From positions 160,001 through 224,000 of the forward strand of contig CAWBOC010000013.1 of NCBI GenBank assembly GCA_963790305.1: a DNA stretch of 64,000 nt, written 5' to 3'. Source of the stretch: an uncultured Gemmatimonadaceae bacterium. GTDB lineage: Bacteria > Gemmatimonadota > Gemmatimonadetes > Gemmatimonadales > Gemmatimonadaceae. This document shows positions 22,368 to 33,983 of the stretch, piece by piece (position 1 is the stretch's first letter; every line of letters starts with the position of its first letter). Position numbers and translations under genes: made by a program. The notes below the pieces were generated by a model, which saw only the letters and a program-made list of their open reading frames with translations, was not told the DNA's origin and searched no databases.

Positions 22368-22904
22368 ATGCGCCGCTACCTCGTCTTTTCGCTGCTAATC
22401 GCGGCGTCGTGCTCCACTGGCGTCGACGCACCGCTGGCTCCGGCCCCGAATTTCAGCACCGTGGGACCCGGAAAGGGGAATTCTCCCGATCGAATCCGGG
22501 TCTGGGAGCACCACCGAGAGGACTTCAGCCTGATCGTGGCTGGATGCCTCAACGAGCCACTGGTCGTGACGGGAACGATGAACTTCACCCTCCAGGATCA
22601 GGATAATCCCGGGGAGCGCGCACACTTCCGGTTTCATACCAATCTCCAGGGCGTCTCCGGAGTTACTCAGATCACCGGGACTCGCTATCGCCTGGCGCAG
22701 GTGCACAACGCGACGATCAACAACGACACGACCGACGTGATGCCCCTCGAGACCACTCAAGTTTTCCGATACCGTCTCATCGGAAGTGGGCCGCTCAACA
22801 ACTCCACGATCGACATCTCATTCAAGCTTACGATCAACGCGAACGGCACTACGACTGCGTCATACACGCGGGCCGAGGCGCGCTGTCGTGAGGACGGACC
22901 GTAG
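22368..22904 (+). CDS. Hypothetical lipoprotein, beta-rich
   Basis: MRRYLVFSLLIAASC resembles a lipobox signal. GAAGGGGG RBS upstream. Confidence 0.6.
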   Translation: MRRYLVFSLLIAASCSTGVDAPLAPAPNFSTVGPGKGNSPDRIRVWEHHREDFSLIVAGCLNEPLVVTGTMNFTLQDQDNPGERAHFRFHTNLQGVSGVTQITGTRYRLAQVHNATINNDTTDVMPLETTQVFRYRLIGSGPLNNSTIDISFKLTINANGTTTASYTRAEARCREDGP

Positions 22905-22959
22905 TCGGATTGTCCCGCAGCAAGTATGGTTGGTCAGTGAGGTGACGTCGTAACGGTAC

Positions 22960-22988
22960 CCGAGGCCCGCCGACTGAGCGGGCCTCGG
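22960..22988. terminator. GC-rich hairpin (possible terminator)
   Basis: 11-bp stem CCGAGGCCCGC / GCGGGCCTCGG. No clear U-tract. Confidence 0.35.
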
Positions 22989-23102
22989 CCGCATTCGGCC
23001 CCCTCGTGCGGCTTCGGCGACGCGTGGCGAAACGCTGGCCGTTCAGGCCAGATTGCATCGCTCGCCGCGCCGCCTCGGCCGTTTCTTGATTTCCTCACGA
23101 CC

Positions 23103-24071
23103 GTGATCCCAATCCTCTTCACCGGTGGTACGATCTCGATGCGCCAGGATCCCGCAATCGGCGGTGCGATCCCGACGCTGTCGGGACGCGATATCCTTGC
23201 CGCGACACGCGGCATCGAGGAGGTCGCTGACTTCGAGGTAGAGGAATGGGGGGCGTATCCAGGTCCGCACATGACCGTCGAGCGGATGTGGGCGCTTCGA
23301 AACAGGATCGCCGAGCATATCGAGCGTCCGGAAGTGGACGGTGTCGTCGTCACGCATGGCACGGACACGCTCGAGGAATCCGCGTACCTCAACGCCCGCA
23401 CGATTGCCGCGCACAAGCCGATCGTATTCACCGGCGCGATGCGGACCGCGAGCGAGCTCGGCTGGGACGGACCGTCGAATCTGATCGACGCGGTTCGTGT
23501 GGCCGCGAGCGAGGAGTCGCGCGGCTACGGCGTGATGGTGACGCTCTCGGGGCGGGTATTCGCCGGCCTCGACGTGACCAAGGCGCACACGCATTTGCTC
23601 GATGCCTTCGAGAGCCCGGGGCTCGGCCCGATCGGCGTCATCGACGATGGCAATGTGATCTTTCGTCGTGCGCTCCCCCCTTCGCCCCCGCTTCTCGCGC
23701 CGCCGTCGCCCGCGCTGCCGATCGATATCGTCGCCGCGTACCCGGGCGCGGACGCTCGGCTCCTCGATGCTGCTCGGGTTGACGCGTTAGGCGTCGTCAT
23801 CTCCGCGATGGGACGGGGGAACGTGCCGCCCGCGATGGTGTCTGGGATCGAGCGATGGATTCGGGCCGGGAAGCCGATTGTCGTCGCGTCACGAGCGCTT
23901 CGAGGGCGCGTCGGACGTACATACGGGTATCCGGGGGCCGGACGCCGATTGCACGACCTCGGCGCTGTGTTCGCTGGCTCGCGCCGTCCGCAACAGGCGC
24001 GAATCGAGCTCAGTCTTGCGTTGGGTGCCGGGCTGACGGGGGGGGAGTTGAGGCAGCTCTTCGAGGAGTGA
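23103..24071 (+). CDS. Asparaginase
   Basis: FTGGTISM, VVTHGTDTLEESAY, TGAMR, GRGNVPP. Confidence 0.92.
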   Translation: MIPILFTGGTISMRQDPAIGGAIPTLSGRDILAATRGIEEVADFEVEEWGAYPGPHMTVERMWALRNRIAEHIERPEVDGVVVTHGTDTLEESAYLNARTIAAHKPIVFTGAMRTASELGWDGPSNLIDAVRVAASEESRGYGVMVTLSGRVFAGLDVTKAHTHLLDAFESPGLGPIGVIDDGNVIFRRALPPSPPLLAPPSPALPIDIVAAYPGADARLLDAARVDALGVVISAMGRGNVPPAMVSGIERWIRAGKPIVVASRALRGRVGRTYGYPGAGRRLHDLGAVFAGSRRPQQARIELSLALGAGLTGGELRQLFEE

Positions 24072-24083
24072 CGAAGCCAGTTT

Positions 24084-24479
24084 TCAGTTCGCTTCTCTCC
24101 AGACCTCGAAACACCGATGTCCGAACTCTCGCGCCGCGCGCATCTGATCGGGGAAGCCGAAGCAGTCGACCCACCCCATCTCCGCCGCGCGCCACTTGCA
24201 GCACCAGACGAAGGTCCACTGGCGAACGACGCCCTCGGCATGCGCCTCCACGGAGCCCCGGAAATCGGAGCACCCCGCGTAGCCTTCGACGCGTACCCGC
24301 TCGAGGCGGAGCGCTGGCTCGACGTCCAGCAGCTGCGCCAGCACGCGTAGCACCTTCACCGGAGGCGCGAACCCGGCTGCCTCGACCAACGGCGCCTTCC
24401 CATGCGTGCTATACTGCCGCACGGAGGCCTTGAACTCGTCGGTCGCGCCGGAGACGGCGAGCAGGGGTTCGAGATTCAT
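24084..24479 (-). CDS. Hypothetical protein
   Basis: Clean 131-codon ORF with a WCCKWRA...DCFGFPDQ segment. A TATGTT -10-like hexamer lies 9 nt before the ATG. Confidence 0.6.
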   Translation of the reverse strand: MNLEPLLAVSGATDEFKASVRQYSTHGKAPLVEAAGFAPPVKVLRVLAQLLDVEPALRLERVRVEGYAGCSDFRGSVEAHAEGVVRQWTFVWCCKWRAAEMGWVDCFGFPDQMRAAREFGHRCFEVWREAN

Positions 24480-24527
24480 TGGTGCCCAAACATAAACATC
24501 TGAAGGGCCATTTCCAAGCCTTTCGAC

Positions 24528-25850
24528 ATGCCCGCGCTCTCCCCGCCAGGCCCCGTTCTCGACATCGCTAAGCGCCTGGAGAACGAGGGCTTCGAGACCT
24601 GGTGCGTCGGCGGCGCCGTCCGCGATGCCCTGCTCGGGCACCCCCACCTGGACTGGGATCTCGCTACGGCCGCGACCCCGCAGCAGGTGCGTCGCCTTTT
24701 TCCGCGGACCGTCCCGGTCGGGATCGAGTTCGGAACCGTCGGCGTGCTCGATCGCAACGGCACGATGCACGAGGTCACGACCTTCCGACGCGATGTCGAA
24801 ACCGATGGACGGCACGCGGTCGTGACTTTCGGCGCGACGATCGACGAGGATCTCGCGCGGCGCGACTTCACGTTGAACGCGATCGCCTACCATCCCGCAG
24901 ACGCGGCGTCTGCACGATCCCTTCGAGGGTCAGCAGGACATTGCTCGTCGTGTCATCCGCGCCGTCGGGGAGCCGACGGAGCGGATGCGCGAGGATCGAC
25001 TGCGCGCGCTGCGTGCGATTCGGTTCGCCGCCCGGTTCGACTTCGACATTGATCCGGAGACGTGGCAGGCCATCGTCGAAAGTGCGCCGCATCTCGGTCG
25101 TCTGTCCGCCGAGCGCGTGAAGCAGGAGCTCGAGAAGACGATGGAGCAGGTCGAGCGGCCCGGGAGAGCGCTGGAGCTTTGGCGGGACAGCGGCGCTCTC
25201 GCGTGCGCTCCTGCCGGCCATCGAGGGCATCTCACCGATCGCGCTGCGCACGCTCGATCATCTTCCACGTGCGACCGGAAAGCGTGCCAGCCAGCGGAAA
25301 ATGCTGCGGCTGGTCGCGCTCTTCAGCGAGCTGTCGCCGCGCGAAGCGGAGAAGACGGCGAGGAAGCTCCGCTTCTCGAACCAGCAGATCGCGTGGATTC
25401 GCGCCGTCGTCGAGCACGCGACAGCAGCGTCATAGCGAGATCGTCGAGGCGCACGTATCGGCCAAGGCCAGTCTCGCCGACACGAAATCGCGGAAGTGGA
25501 TCGCCGTCGCAGGGCGCACGCGCATTGCGTCGGTGCATGCGCCTGGTCGCAGCGCGCTTCGCCGCGCAGCGCGACGCGGAGAAGCGGTCGCCGAGGGCGG
25601 AAGCGCATCGAGCGCGCTGTATCGGCGGGTCCTGCGGTCAGCCTTTCACGAGCCGGTCGAGCTCAGCGATCTTGCCATCAGCGGCGACGAGCTTGCGCGG
25701 CGCGGGCGTCGCGGAGGGACCGGAGATGGGGTGGGTGCTTCACCGACCTGCTCGATCGTCGTGCTCGAGGATCCGCGCCGGAACACCGTCGAGGAGCTGC
25801 TGCGTTTGGCTGCCGAATTGCTGAAGCGATATCGCACCGGAGAACGCTAG
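24528..25850 (+). CDS. CCA tRNA nucleotidyltransferase / poly(A) polymerase family (frameshifted)
   Basis: VGGAVRDALLG, DWDLAT, EVTTFR, DLARRDFTLNA, EDRLRALRAIRFAAR, LSAERV. Confidence 0.9.
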
Positions 25851-25861
25851 CCCACACGACG

Positions 25862-26389
25862 ATGTTCTTTCGCGGAAAACAATTCGACACGTCGATCTGG
25901 AAGCGGTTTCGCACGGCCGCCGACGGGTACTCGTTCGCCAAGGAGACCGACTACTACGCCGCGCATGTCGTCGCGAACGCGGAGCGCGTCGTCGACCTCT
26001 TCCACGCGCTCATGGAGCACCTTCCGCCCGCGGTGGACGTCGCGATCGAGGATCGACGCTCGGGCCGTCGATGGAAGGGGGAGAGTCTCGCGCTGCCCGA
26101 CGTTCGCGACGCGATCGCTCGGCTGAAGACGGCCCTGGCCGGATCGGGCGGCGTCGAGATCGCCGTGTACACGAGCGAGGATCAACTGACGCTCAATCCG
26201 GTGCTCGAGCTGTTCATCTACGCGCGCAGCGATCAGTGGCTCTACATCCTGCAGGGGAAGGGGCTGGAAGAGCGGCGGACGGTGCGCACGAAGAGCTGGC
26301 GGCTGAAGCAGCAGGAGTTCCCGCCGGCTCCAGAGCTCAGCCAGGCGCTGGAGCAGGCCGCGACATCGTTAGGTCTTCAGCCGGCGTGA
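25862..26389 (+). CDS. Hypothetical protein
   Basis: 175-codon ORF starting MFFRGKQFDTS, with typical GC3-rich codon use and tight packing to its neighbours. Confidence 0.65.
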   Translation: MFFRGKQFDTSIWKRFRTAADGYSFAKETDYYAAHVVANAERVVDLFHALMEHLPPAVDVAIEDRRSGRRWKGESLALPDVRDAIARLKTALAGSGGVEIAVYTSEDQLTLNPVLELFIYARSDQWLYILQGKGLEERRTVRTKSWRLKQQEFPPAPELSQALEQAATSLGLQPA

Positions 26390-27116
26390 GCGGGGCCGCG
26401 CTGGCCCTCGCAGTCGTCGCGGCGGCGGCCGAACGTCATGGGCGCGGCGGCCGTGACGTGGCGACGGGAGTGGAGCGCCCGCGCGCTCGAGACGATGATC
26501 GCGCTCGCCGCGGGCTTCATGATCGCCGCATCGGTGACCGACATTTTTCCCGAGGCGATCGCGCGCGGGGGAAGCGCCGCCGGCGCTCGTCGCCCTCCTC
26601 GGCTATGCGCTCGTGCATCTCACGCAGCACACGCTGGCCCCGCACTTCCATTTCGGCGAGGAGACGCACGAGGTCTCCAACGTCGTCAGCGTGTCCGCGC
26701 TCGTCGGCCTGCTGCTGCACACGTTCGTCGATGGCGTGGCCATCGCGAGCGCATTCGGCGTGAGCAGCTCGCTGGGCGTGCTCGTGTTCGTGGCGATTCT
26801 CTTGCACAAGTTTCCGGAGGGGCTCGCCATCTCGAGCCTGTTCCTCGCCGCTGGCGCAGGACGCGCGCGCGCTCTGTACGCCGCAGCCGCGCTGGGGGCG
26901 GCGACGATCGCGGGAGTCGTCCTGACCGGCGTCGTCGGATCTGCTTGCGACGTGGGGGCTCGCGCTGTCCGCGGGGGTCACCTTGTACGTCGGTGCGTCG
27001 AATCTCGTTCCGGAGTTTCAGGCCAAGAGCGGATGGCGGCTCCCGTTGGCGTTTTTCGCGGGGTGCGGGATCTACGTCGCCGCGCGAGTGCTGGTGCGAT
27101 GCATGACGCGAGCTGA
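26386..27116 (+). CDS. ZIP-family metal transporter (frameshifted)
   Basis: [37 protein letters not shown]. Confidence 0.85.
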
Positions 27117-27123
27117 GCTGCGC

Positions 27124-28505
27124 ATGCCGCGTAACCGACCGCGCACTCTTCCGGCGAAGCGCCCGCGCGATCCGTCGCTCTTCGCTCCCCCGGCGTCGTC
27201 GCAGCCGCTCGCGGCGCGCATGCGTCCGCGAACCCTCGACGAGTTCGTCGGCCAGACGCATCTGCTCGCTCCCGGCAGCGCGCTGCGCGACGCGATCGAG
27301 AAGGGCAACGTCGGCTCGATGATCTTCTGGGGCCCGCCCGGCTCCGGAAAGACGACGCTCGCCTTCCTCATCGCGCAGTACACCGATCGCGAGTTCGTCC
27401 CGTTCTCCTCGGTGACGGAAGGCGTGCCGCGCGTGCGCGAGATCATCGCCGAGGCCGAGGCGCGGCTCGAGACGGGGCGGGGCACGATCCTGTTCGCCGA
27501 CGAGATCCACCGCCTCAACAAGGCGCAGCAGGACGCGTTTCTCCCGCACGTCGAGGCGGGCACGATCACGCTCATCGGGGCGACGACGGAAAACCCATCG
27601 TTCGAGATCATTGGCGCGCTGCTCTCGCGAAGCCGCGTGTTCGTGCTCGAGCAGCTCGGCACCGACGATGTCGCCACGCTCGTCAGGCGCGCTGTCAGCC
27701 GATGAGGAGCGCGGGCTCGGCGCAGATGTCGCTGCGCGTCGACGACGACGCCGATGCACGCTGATCGCGACGGAGGCGGACGGCGATGCGCGGCGCGCGC
27801 TCACGGTGCTCGAAGCGTCGGCCACTCACGTGGGCGGCGGCGGACACATCACGGTGCCAGGTCGCGCGCGATGCGCTGCAGAAGCGGTTCGCGCGATACG
27901 ACAAGGGCGGCGAGGAGCACTACAACCTCATCTCGGCCTATCACAAGGCGCTTCGCGGCAGCGATCCGCAGGGCGCGCTGTACTGGCTGGCGCGGATGAT
28001 CGACGGCGGCGAGGATCCGATGTACATCGCGCGCCGAACGGTCCGCTTCGCGGCCGAGGACGTCGGGCTCGCCGATCCGGACGCGCTGCGACTCGCGCAT
28101 CGCCGCGCGTGATGCGTATCACTTTCTCGGATCGCCGGAGGGCGAGCTCGCGCTGGCCGAGGCGGCCGTCTATCTGGCGACGGCGCCGAAGTCGAACCGC
28201 GTGTACGAGGCGTGGAACGAGGCCATGCGGCTCGCGCGCGAGTCGCCGGCCGAGCCGGTGCCTTTGCATATTCGCAACGCGCCGACGAAGCTGATGAAGG
28301 AACTGGGGTATGGCGATGGGTATCAGTACGCACACGCCGTCCCCGAGGCATACATCCCGCAGGAGTATCTTCCGGACCGGCTGCGGGGACGCTGCTCTAC
28401 GAGCCGGGCCCGTTCGGGTTCGAGCAGGACATCGCGAAGCGGCTCGCGTGGTGGACGGAGCTGAGAGAGAAAGCCGCGGGGGCGCGGCGCTCGGAGGACA
28501 CGTGA
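27124..28505 (+). CDS. rarA: Replication-associated recombination protein A (frameshifted)
   Basis: [53 protein letters not shown]. Confidence 0.93.
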
Positions 28506-28535
28506 AGGCATTCAACGCACGAGGGAGACAACGGT

Positions 28536-29013
28536 ATGCGTAAGCTCGCGTTGGTCGGACTGGCCGCGGCGACGGCGTTTGGCACGTACGGATGTGCGAG
28601 CGTCGCTCGCAACGCGTTCGCCGAGCCGGTGGTCACGCTCCGCGATGTGAAGCTCCAGGGCATCGGACTCACCGGTGGGTCGTTCGACGTCGTGCTCAGC
28701 GTCTACAATCCGAACGGGTATCGCCTGGATGCGACGCAGCTGAATTACAATCTGTTCGTGGACACGCTGCGATTCGCGAATGGCACGCTGGCGCAGCAGT
28801 TCACGGTGCAGGAGAAGGATTCCACGCTCGTGCGCGTGCCGGTGAATTTCAGCTACGCCGGCGTCGGCGAGGCCGGTCGACAGCTGCTGAACACGGGGTC
28901 GGTGAACTATCGCGTGGCGGGCGACGTGACGGTGGCGACGCCGGTCGGGCAGCTTCAAGGTTCCGTACGACCGGACCGGCCGGTTCTCGACGTTAGGCGG
29001 GTCGAGTCGGTAG
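28536..29013 (+). CDS. LEA_2/WHy-domain lipoprotein (frameshift near 28950)
   Basis: Signal peptide with YGC, and LSVYNPNGYRL. The alternative frame ends FKVPYDRTGRFSTLGGSSR at TAG 29011-29013. Confidence 0.8.
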
Positions 29014-29018
29014 ACTGC

Positions 29019-29054
29019 AGAGGCGCTAAAGGCGCTAGGGGCGCTAGAGGCGCT
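29019..29054 (+). repeat. Tandem 9-mer ARRGGCGCT x4
   Basis: AGAGGCGCT AAAGGCGCT AGGGGCGCT AGAGGCGCT. Confidence 0.85.
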
Positions 29055-29065
29055 AGGGAACTGGC

Positions 29066-30397
29066 TTGAACGCCAACTTTCGAGCAGGAGTCATCATCGC
29101 TAGAGACATCATCTCGCTCGCGCCGCCGGCGGAGCGCGCCATCCTCGTCGGCGCTCCGCTCAAGCGGTCGGCGGCGAGGCATCTGCTGACGGAGCATCTG
29201 GAGGAGCTGGCGCGCCTGGCGGACACCGCGGGCGCGGAAGTCGTCGGAGAGGTCACGCAGCTGCTCGATCGTCCGAGCCCGGCGACGTATCTGGGGAAGG
29301 GGAAGCTCGAGGAGCTGCGGCACCGCGTCGCCGACATCGGGGCGACGCTGGTCATCTTCGACGACGAGCTTTCGCCGACCCAGGGGAAGAACATCGAGCT
29401 CGAGCTCGGCACGCGCGTGATGGATCGTGCGGAGCTGATTCTCGACATCTTCGCCACGCGCGCGCGCAACGAGCGAAGCGAAGATGCAGGTCGAGCTCGC
29501 GCAGCTCGAGTACATGCTGCCGCGTCTGGCGCGGATGTGGACGCACCTCGAGAAGACCCGCGGCGGCATCGGTCTGCGCGGGCCCGGGTGAAACGCAGAT
29601 CGAAACGGACCGTCGGCTCATCCGGCCACCGCATCAAGGTGCTGCGGGAGCGGTTGGAGGACGTGCGGCGGTCGCGCGAGGTGCAGCGCGCCGGCCGTCG
29701 CGATGCGTTCAAGGCGTCGCTCGTCGGCTACACGAATGCCGGCAAGTCGTCGATCCTGCGCGCGCTGGCATCGGCGTCTGATGTCTTCGTGGAGGACCGG
29801 CTCTTCGCGACGCTCGATCCGCTGACGCGTGAGGTGCGCCTCGGCGATCACGCGCCGGCGCTGGTTACCGACACGGTCGGATTCATTCGCAAGCTGCCTC
29901 ACGACCTCGTCGCGTCGTTCCGCGCCACGCTCGAGGAGGCGGCGGATGCCGATCTGCTGCTCCACGTCATCGATGGCAGTCACCCCACCTGGGAGGAGCA
30001 GGTGTCGGTCGTGAACGAGGTGTTGGCGGAGCTGGAGATGGCCGAGAAGCCCGTGCTTCACGTCTTCAACAAGATCGACCGGCTTGACGGCGATGAGCTT
30101 CACGCGCTGCAGGAGCGAGCGCGTGAGCAGATTGGTGAGGCGATCTACGTCTCGGCGGTTGCGGAGGGAGGGCTCGAGCCGCTACGTCGCGCGCTGCTCG
30201 GCGCAATTCGCGCCAAGCGGCCGCTCATGGAGGTCGAGATTCCGGTGACCGACGGGCGACTGCTGGCCGAGGTGCACCGAAGTGCGGACGTGGTCGACCA
30301 GGCGCAGCGCGACGGCGTCATGGTGTTGCGCGCGAGGCTCGACGATGCGACGGCAGGGAGATTGCGAGGGAAGGGTGCCAAGATTCGTTCGAACTGA
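29066..30397 (+). CDS. hflX: GTPase HflX (internal compensating frameshifts)
   Basis: [52 protein letters not shown]. Confidence 0.95.
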   Translation: MNANFRAGVIIARDIISLAPPAERAILVGAPLKRSAARHLLTEHLEELARLADTAGAEVVGEVTQLLDRPSPATYLGKGKLEELRHRVADIGATLVIFDDELSPTQGKNIELELGTRVMDRAELILDIFATRARNERSEDAGRARAARVHAAASGADVDAPREDPRRHRSARARVKRRSKRTVGSSGHRIKVLRERLEDVRRSREVQRAGRRDAFKASLVGYTNAGKSSILRALASASDVFVEDRLFATLDPLTREVRLGDHAPALVTDTVGFIRKLPHDLVASFRATLEEAADADLLLHVIDGSHPTWEEQVSVVNEVLAELEMAEKPVLHVFNKIDRLDGDELHALQERAREQIGEAIYVSAVAEGGLEPLRRALLGAIRAKRPLMEVEIPVTDGRLLAEVHRSADVVDQAQRDGVMVLRARLDDATAGRLRGKGAKIRSN

Positions 30398-30422
30398 GCG
30401 CAACGTCGGCCTGCAGGGTACG

Positions 30423-31337
30423 GTGGTGCATACTGATTTGCCAGGTAGCTGGGCCCCGGCCAACGCGGGCGCGGAGTCGAGTGACCCGAGTCACGGCCAG
30501 TGCGCCCTGTGTGGTAGCGAGAGCTTTGAGCCCGTGCGCGGTGTCCTCTCGCGTTGTCACGCTTGCGGACACATACAGTATTTGGTGGACCCGTCGGTTG
30601 CGCCTACAGACCTGTATACCGACGAATACTTCAACGGGCGCGAGTACCCTGGGTATCTCGACCAGGCTCCTTCTCTTCGTCGCTCAATGCGACGCCACCT
30701 GGCCCAGATGTCGACGTATGGACCGCTCCGGGGCGACCTCCTGGAGATTGGCTGTGCGTACGGTCTGTTCCTGGACGAGGCGCGCCCTTTTTTCTCTTCT
30801 CTTGTCGGAGTCGATGTATGCGGGGGCCCGGTGGAATTTGGTCGCCACACGCTCGGCCTGGACCTGAGGTGCGGCGATTTCCTTGGCATGGACTTCCCTC
30901 GCGAATCCTTCGACGCGATTTGCATGTGGGATACCATTGAGCACCTGGCCAACCCTCGAGACTTCGTCCGTGCGGCACGCCCTCTTCTCAAGCGTGATGG
31001 ATACTTCTACCTAACGACGGGGGATGCGGACTCGTTCAACGCTCGCGTCCGTGGCCGACGGTGGCGTCAGATTCATCCCCCGTCTCATCTGCAGTACTTT
31101 TCCCGGCGAACCATCGTCGAACTGTTTCGGCGTTCTGGCTTCGAGGTAACGGGAATCGAAACCGCCGCGTACTACCACACGGTCTATAACATTCTTGCAG
31201 GCGTTCGGCTGCGCGGGGGCTTGCCGACCGCCCTGACGGACTTTGCGCTGGGACCACTGGGCGGCGCAGTGACCCGCCGGCTTGGCTCGTGGATCGACCT
31301 TGGCGACATCATGTTCGTCGCTGCGCGGCCGGCCTGA
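30423..31337 (+). CDS. Class I SAM methyltransferase with N-terminal CxxC-CxxC
   Basis: CALCGS..CHACG, LLEIGCAYGLFL, DAICMWDTIEHL. Confidence 0.82.
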   Translation: MVHTDLPGSWAPANAGAESSDPSHGQCALCGSESFEPVRGVLSRCHACGHIQYLVDPSVAPTDLYTDEYFNGREYPGYLDQAPSLRRSMRRHLAQMSTYGPLRGDLLEIGCAYGLFLDEARPFFSSLVGVDVCGGPVEFGRHTLGLDLRCGDFLGMDFPRESFDAICMWDTIEHLANPRDFVRAARPLLKRDGYFYLTTGDADSFNARVRGRRWRQIHPPSHLQYFSRRTIVELFRRSGFEVTGIETAAYYHTVYNILAGVRLRGGLPTALTDFALGPLGGAVTRRLGSWIDLGDIMFVAARPA

Positions 31338-31364
31338 CCCGTCCTCACGTCGTAATCTTCTGTA

Positions 31365-31398
31365 GACGCCGCCGGACCACCGGCGGCGTCCGTGTTGT
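31365..31398 (+). terminator. Possible intrinsic terminator
   Basis: 11-bp stem GACGCCGCCGG / CCGGCGGCGTC followed by CGTGTTGT. Confidence 0.4.
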
Positions 31399-31520
31399 GG
31401 GCGGAGGGCGCCCATGCCTCCGCGGGACGTGCCTGCCTATCTTTCCACCTTGTGCGCGTCAGTGGCACCGATATCCAGGAGAAACGCACCGATGAAGAGC
31501 GTAGCAACGGGCCTCCTGCA

Positions 31521-32682
31521 GTGAACCATGTCGAGGTTTCCGTCGTGATGCCGTGCCTCAACGAAGCGGAAACGCTCGGGCGCTGTATCGCGAAGGCACA
31601 GCGCGCATTGAGCGAGGCGAAGATCAGCGGCGAGATCATCGTCGCTGACAACGGAAGCACCGACGGCTCGCAATCCATTGCCGAGCGAATGGGAGCCCGC
31701 GTGGTGCCCGTGAGAGATCGAGGATATGGCAATGCACTGATGGGTGGAATTGCCAGCGCCCGTGGCCGCTTCATCATCATGGGTGACGCCGACGATAGCT
31801 ACGACTTTCTCGAGATTCCGCGGTTTGTCGAGAAGCTGCGTGAAGGATTCCAGCTCGTGCAGGGGTGCCGACTCCCCTCAGGCGGAGGACTTGTCATGCC
31901 TGGAGCGATGCCGCCCCTTCATCGGTACTGGGGAAACCCAATGTTTTCCGCCATGGCGCGCCGTTGGTTTCACGCCCCAATTCACGACGTGTACTGCGGA
32001 CTGCGCGGGGTTCGAAAAGGGTTTCTACACGGAGCTCGATCAGCGGTGCACGGGGATGGAGTTTGCGACGGAGATGATCATTAAGTCCAGCCTCCGCGGT
32101 GCACGGATCGCTGAGGTTCCCATCACCCTCCATCCCGACGGGCGGACGACGCGCGCGCCCCACCTGCGCACGTTTCGCGACGGATGGCGTACGCTCCGGT
32201 TCTTCCTGATGTACAGCCCCCGGTACCTCTTTCTCGTACCGGGGGGAGTTCTGATCGCGCTCGGACTCCTTGGGTACGCTCTCGCTCTACCGGGAGTCAC
32301 GATTCGCGGCGCGACACTGGATGCTCACACGTTGCTATTCTCGAGTCTCGCCCTGATCTGCGGATATCAGTCAATTCTGTTCGCGGTGTTCGCCAAGATA
32401 TTCGCGATTCGCGAGCGGATGCTCCCGGAAGATGCTCGGATGGCAAGCCTCTTTCGGCTCGTCACGCTGGAGCGCGGCGCGCTTGCGGGCGCCGTCGCGA
32501 TGGTGCTTGGCGTTGCACTCTTGGTCGCAGCTATCGTCGAATGGGCGCGAGCGGAATTCGGTCCGCTCGACTACGCGAGCACGATGCGTCTCGTCGTTCC
32601 GGGGGTGACGCTCACCGCCGTCGGATTCCAGACGGTTCTGTCCAGCTTTTTCATGAGCATCCTTGGCATGAATCGCCGGTGA
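31521..32682 (+). CDS. GT2 glycosyltransferase, Dol-P-Man synthase-like with C-terminal TMs (frameshift near 32010)
   Basis: VSVVMPCLNEAET, DNGSTDGS, GDADDSYD, GMEFATEM, RDGWRTL. Confidence 0.88.
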
Positions 32683-33291
32683 ACGTCATCGAGAGACTCC
32701 ACGAGAGGTACGTGAAATCGCGGCGCGTCAGTGCATTGGCGGAGTCGATCGCCCCGCTGTTTCCCCGCGGGGCAAGGGTGCTGGATGTGGGGAGTGGCGA
32801 TGGGATGCTCGCCGAGGCGATCCAGCGGCGTCGACCAGGACGTGCAGCTCCGTGGTATCGATGTGATCGAGCGGCCGGACGCCCGGATTCCGGTTGCCGT
32901 CTTCGATGGAGTGACGCTGCCGTTTCCCGACCAGTCGTTCGAAGTCGTCGTATTTGTCGATGTCCTCCATCACACCGCCAATGCAGAGGCGCTGCTGCGC
33001 GATGCACGGCGGGTCGCTCGATATGGCGTCATCATCAAGGACCATTGTGCGGACGGTTTTCTTGCCTGGCCCACGTTGCGCTTCATGGATCGTGTGGGGA
33101 ACGCGCGCTTCGGGGTCGCGTTGCCACATCTCTACCTGCGGTGGGCGGAATGGCAGCGAATGTTCGTGCGGTTGGGGATGACCGTAACGACAATGCGGCG
33201 CCGACTGGGACTCTACCCACCTCCACTAAGCTGGTTTTTCGATCGGTCATTGCACTTCGTCGCGGTTGTGGTTCGCGCCGATCTCCGGTAG
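32679..33291 (+). CDS. SAM-dependent methyltransferase (frameshift near 32835)
   Basis: VLDVGSGDG, LPFPDQSFE, DVLHH, IIKDH. Confidence 0.8.
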
Positions 33292-33299
33292 CGTCGGTC

Positions 33300-33983
33300 G
33301 TGACCTCGACGAAATCGAGCGGGCGACTCGAACCGGTCGACGATCCGTGGGAAGCGGCATACCTAAGATTCGAGACGCCTGACGAGGAGAGGCGCAAGTT
33401 CATCCGTCGGCTGCTTTCCGTTGGCGCTCGCGCATGGCGAAGGGATGCATTGATATTGGATCTCTTTTGCGGTCGCGGAGGAGGTGCGCGCGCGCTCCAC
33501 TACCTGGGGTTTCAGCGGGTCGTTGGGCTTGATCTGTCGCGGCGCCTCCTGCAGGCGCGAGCGGACTCGTCTGCTTGCATTGTCGCCGACTGTCGTATCA
33601 TACCTGTCGCGAGCCGCTCGGCGGACATCGCAGTCGTACAGGGGGGACTTCACCATTTACCGGCAATCCCTGCGGATCTCGCCACGGTGCTGAAGGAGGT
33701 TGTCCGCGTGCTCCGTCCGGGCGGGATCTTCGTCGCCGTCGAGCCGTGGAGCACACCCTTCTTGACGCTCGTACACTGGGCGTGCCGACTTCCGTTGGCG
33801 CGCCACGCGCTGCCCAAGCTGGATGCCCTTGCTACCATGATCGAGCATGAGCGGCTTACGTACGAAGCATGGCTGCAAAGCGGACCCGCGATTCTCGCAG
33901 AGTTGGAGACGCACTTTGAGTGTCGTTTCAAGCGAACCCGGCTGGGCAAGCTTCAGTATGTAGGGATACGCCGCGTGCCATGA
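33300..33983 (+). CDS. SAM-dependent methyltransferase
   Basis: ILDLFCGRGGG, VGLDLS, QGGLHHL, RVLRPGG..VAVEPW. Confidence 0.82.
   Translation: MTSTKSSGRLEPVDDPWEAAYLRFETPDEERRKFIRRLLSVGARAWRRDALILDLFCGRGGGARALHYLGFQRVVGLDLSRRLLQARADSSACIVADCRIIPVASRSADIAVVQGGLHHLPAIPADLATVLKEVVRVLRPGGIFVAVEPWSTPFLTLVHWACRLPLARHALPKLDALATMIEHERLTYEAWLQSGPAILAELETHFECRFKRTRLGKLQYVGIRRVP

Noticed and set aside
32184..33983. 599-aa ORF spanning the GT2 and two methyltransferases
   Set aside because: It is a composite of out-of-frame sequence, the N-terminus of one methyltransferase and the whole of the next.
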